Positions 62,231-64,000 of a stretch of DNA of 64,000 nucleotides are shown here, piece after piece (the stretch's first letter is position 1; each line of letters begins with the position of its first letter). The stretch is from contig CAVYBJ010000017.1 in the NCBI GenBank assembly GCA_963766685.1, forward strand, positions 248,107 to 312,106. Direction: 5' to 3'. Source of the stretch: an uncultured Chloroflexia bacterium (GTDB lineage: Bacteria > Chloroflexota > Limnocylindria > Limnocylindrales > CSP1-4). The position numbers and the translations under genes were made by a program. The notes under the pieces are model-generated. The model was not told the origin of the DNA, did not search any database, and saw only the letters and a list, made by a program, of their open reading frames with translations.

Positions 62231-64000
62231 GTGGCTGAGCTCGGCCGGGTCCTGGCCGGCCGCTACCGGCTCGACCAGGTCCTCGGTCAGGGTGGCATGG
62301 CCACCATCTTCCGCGCCACGGACAGCAAGCTCGGCCGCGAGGTGGCCGTCAAGGTCCTGCGCCCGGAGTTCGGCAGTGACGCCCAGTTCGTGGAGCGCTT
62401 CCGCCACGAGGCCCAGGCCGCCGCGTCCCTGAGCCACCCCAACATCGTGCAGGTCTACGACTTCGGGACCGACCCGGCCGGGCCCTACATCGTCATGGAG
62501 CAGGTGGCCGGCGGCGACCTTTCCGTGGCTCTCGGCGAGCACGGAGCGCTGCCCCCTACCGCCGTCGCGCGCATCGGCCAGCAGGTCGCCGACGCTCTCG
62601 GCGGCCGCGCATGTCCGGGGCCTCATCCACCGCGACATCAAGCCCAGCAACATCCTGCTCTCGCCGGACGGCCGGGTGCAGGTGGCCGACTTCGGGATCG
62701 CCCACGTCGCCGCTCGCTCGCCCGTCACGTCGACCGGCATCACGCTCGGCAGCGTCCTCTACTTCAGCCCGGAGCAGGCTCGCGGCGACACGGCCAGCCC
62801 GGCCTCGGACGTCTACTCCCTGGGTCTCGTGATGTACGAGCTGCTCACCGGCCAGCGGCCCTTCTCCGGCGACTCGCCGGCGGCGGTCGCGGTGGCACGC
62901 CTGAGCGGCAGCGTGCCCTCGCCGATGCTCGTGCGGCCGGAGACGCCGCCACCGCTGGACGCCATCGTGCGCTGGTGCCTGGCCGTCGACCCGGCAGCGC
63001 GCCCAACGGCATCCGAGCTCTCACTGGCGCTGGCGCGCTTCGTCGCCGATCCCTCGGGTGCCGCCGCACTGGCAGCGGTGGGCATGACGGCCGGCCCCAG
63101 CGCCCCGGGGCCCGTTCCCGGGAGCGTGGCGCCCGCCCGGCTCAGCCAGCGGCCGGGGCATCGTCAAGGGGCTGCGGATGCCGAGCACGCCGGTTCGGGG
63201 CCCCTGGCCTGGGCAGCCGCCGGTCTGGGGCTGCTCGTCATCGTGGCCTCGGGGATCCTGCTCTTCATCCTCTTCAGCGGCATCGGGGACAGCGCCGCCT
63301 CGCCCAGCCCCAGCCCAACGGCCGAGGTGGCCATGGTCCGGACCCCACAGCTGGTCGGTCGCAGCGAAGAGGACGCCGTCACCGTCGCACGCCGGCGCGG
63401 CCTGGTGCTGGAGATCGACTACGTCGGATTCCGCGAGCGAGGTCGGATCGGTCATCGACCAGCTGCCCGGACCCGGCGTCCAGGTTCCCTCCGGCACATC
63501 GATCCAGGTGACCGTGGGCACGCAGGTGGAGACCGTCGTCGTGCCCGACGTGCACGGCTTCAAGGAGGCCACCGCCGTCGCCGAGCTGGAGGCGGCGGGC
63601 CTGAAGGCGGGCATGCGCTACAGCGCGGACGACCTGCTGCCTGAGGGGTACGTCGTCGCCACCGATCCCCGTCCAGGTGAGTCGCTGACGCGAGGCTCTG
63701 ACGTCGACTACGTGGTATCCACGGGTCGCCGCACGGGCGCCGCGACCAGGCCGGCCGGTCACTCCCCGCCCCGTGGTGACCCTCCGGCCGAGCGCCACCT
63801 TCACGCCCCTACCCGCTCAGGACGTCGTGCTCGTGGGCGACTTCCAGTGCCTGAAACTGGCCGAGGCGCGAAGGCACATCGAGGAGGCCGGCCTGCTCGT
63901 CGGGGCCATCATCCCAAGCGAGCCGACACCACTGGACGACTGGTTCGTCCACGACCAGCTGCCCAAGCCAGGCGAGATGGTGCCCGTGGGCTCCAACGTG
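62231..64000 (+). CDS. PknB-like Ser/Thr protein kinase with a TM segment and extracellular PASTA domains; runs off the window end, with several frame breaks
   Basis: [15 protein letters not shown] (Gly loop and Lys), [20 protein letters not shown]; TM segment [15 protein letters not shown]; PASTA-like segments follow. Confidence 0.8.

Noticed and set aside
1-64000. Interpreting the many frame-broken accessory genes as pseudogenes of a decaying genome
   Set aside because: Essential argS carries the same kind of 1-nt break, and the breaks are predominantly insertions. A sequencing or polishing artefact is more parsimonious.

Overview
This is a high-GC (about 70%) bacterial chromosomal window with Gram-positive/Terrabacteria-type features: a Cheo-type LexA box, PASTA proteins and a Thermus-like CarH regulator.

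Reading 5' to 3', the window contains:
- An MFS transporter, a membrane protein and an HD-GYP phosphodiesterase.
- A large STAND regulator ordered ATPase, TPR, winged helix/BTAD.
- Dodecin, dnaB and lexA with its SOS box, then rplI and dinB.
- Twin SOS boxes in front of an unknown 93-aa ORF.
- A formimino/folate one-carbon cluster: a cyclodeaminase-like gene, folD and fhs, with a separate ftcD.
- A NitT/TauT-type ABC transporter, then a lipoprotein, a GNAT and an MBL hydrolase.
- An MA-clan HExxH peptidase gene directly upstream of an about 8-kb gene. That gene encodes a single-pass membrane protein with about 30 tandem PASTA domains and a degenerate copy of the same peptidase domain.
- argS, a second MBL hydrolase, and a B12-dependent CarH/LitR photoregulator.
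- Secreted DUF4397 x2 and fasciclin proteins, plus GT1 and HEAT-GT4 glycosyltransferases.
- A photo-oxidative stress cluster: phr, an FAD oxidoreductase, DUF1365, cfa, SDRs and SRPBCC proteins. Its two divergent promoter regions share GTACAATGTT and GTATAG/GGATAG elements (the phr promoter carries the three 11-bp repeats, the cfa promoter a GGATAG inverted repeat).
- HAD and GH13 genes, tRNA-Glu, a ferredoxin/FNR pair, TauE, CorA, membrane proteins, an EamA transporter, galU, and the start of a PknB-like PASTA kinase.

The ORF track calls ATG/GTG/TTG starts and over-extends many ORFs because stop codons are rare at this GC content. Many antisense or overlapping Arg/Pro-rich ORFs are therefore spurious.

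At least 25 genes show single-nucleotide frame breaks, most looking like 1-nt insertions, and the essential argS is among them. I read these mainly as sequence-quality artefacts rather than pseudogenes.

The most unusual content is the giant PASTA-array/pseudopeptidase locus and the CarH-photolyase-cfa light regulon.
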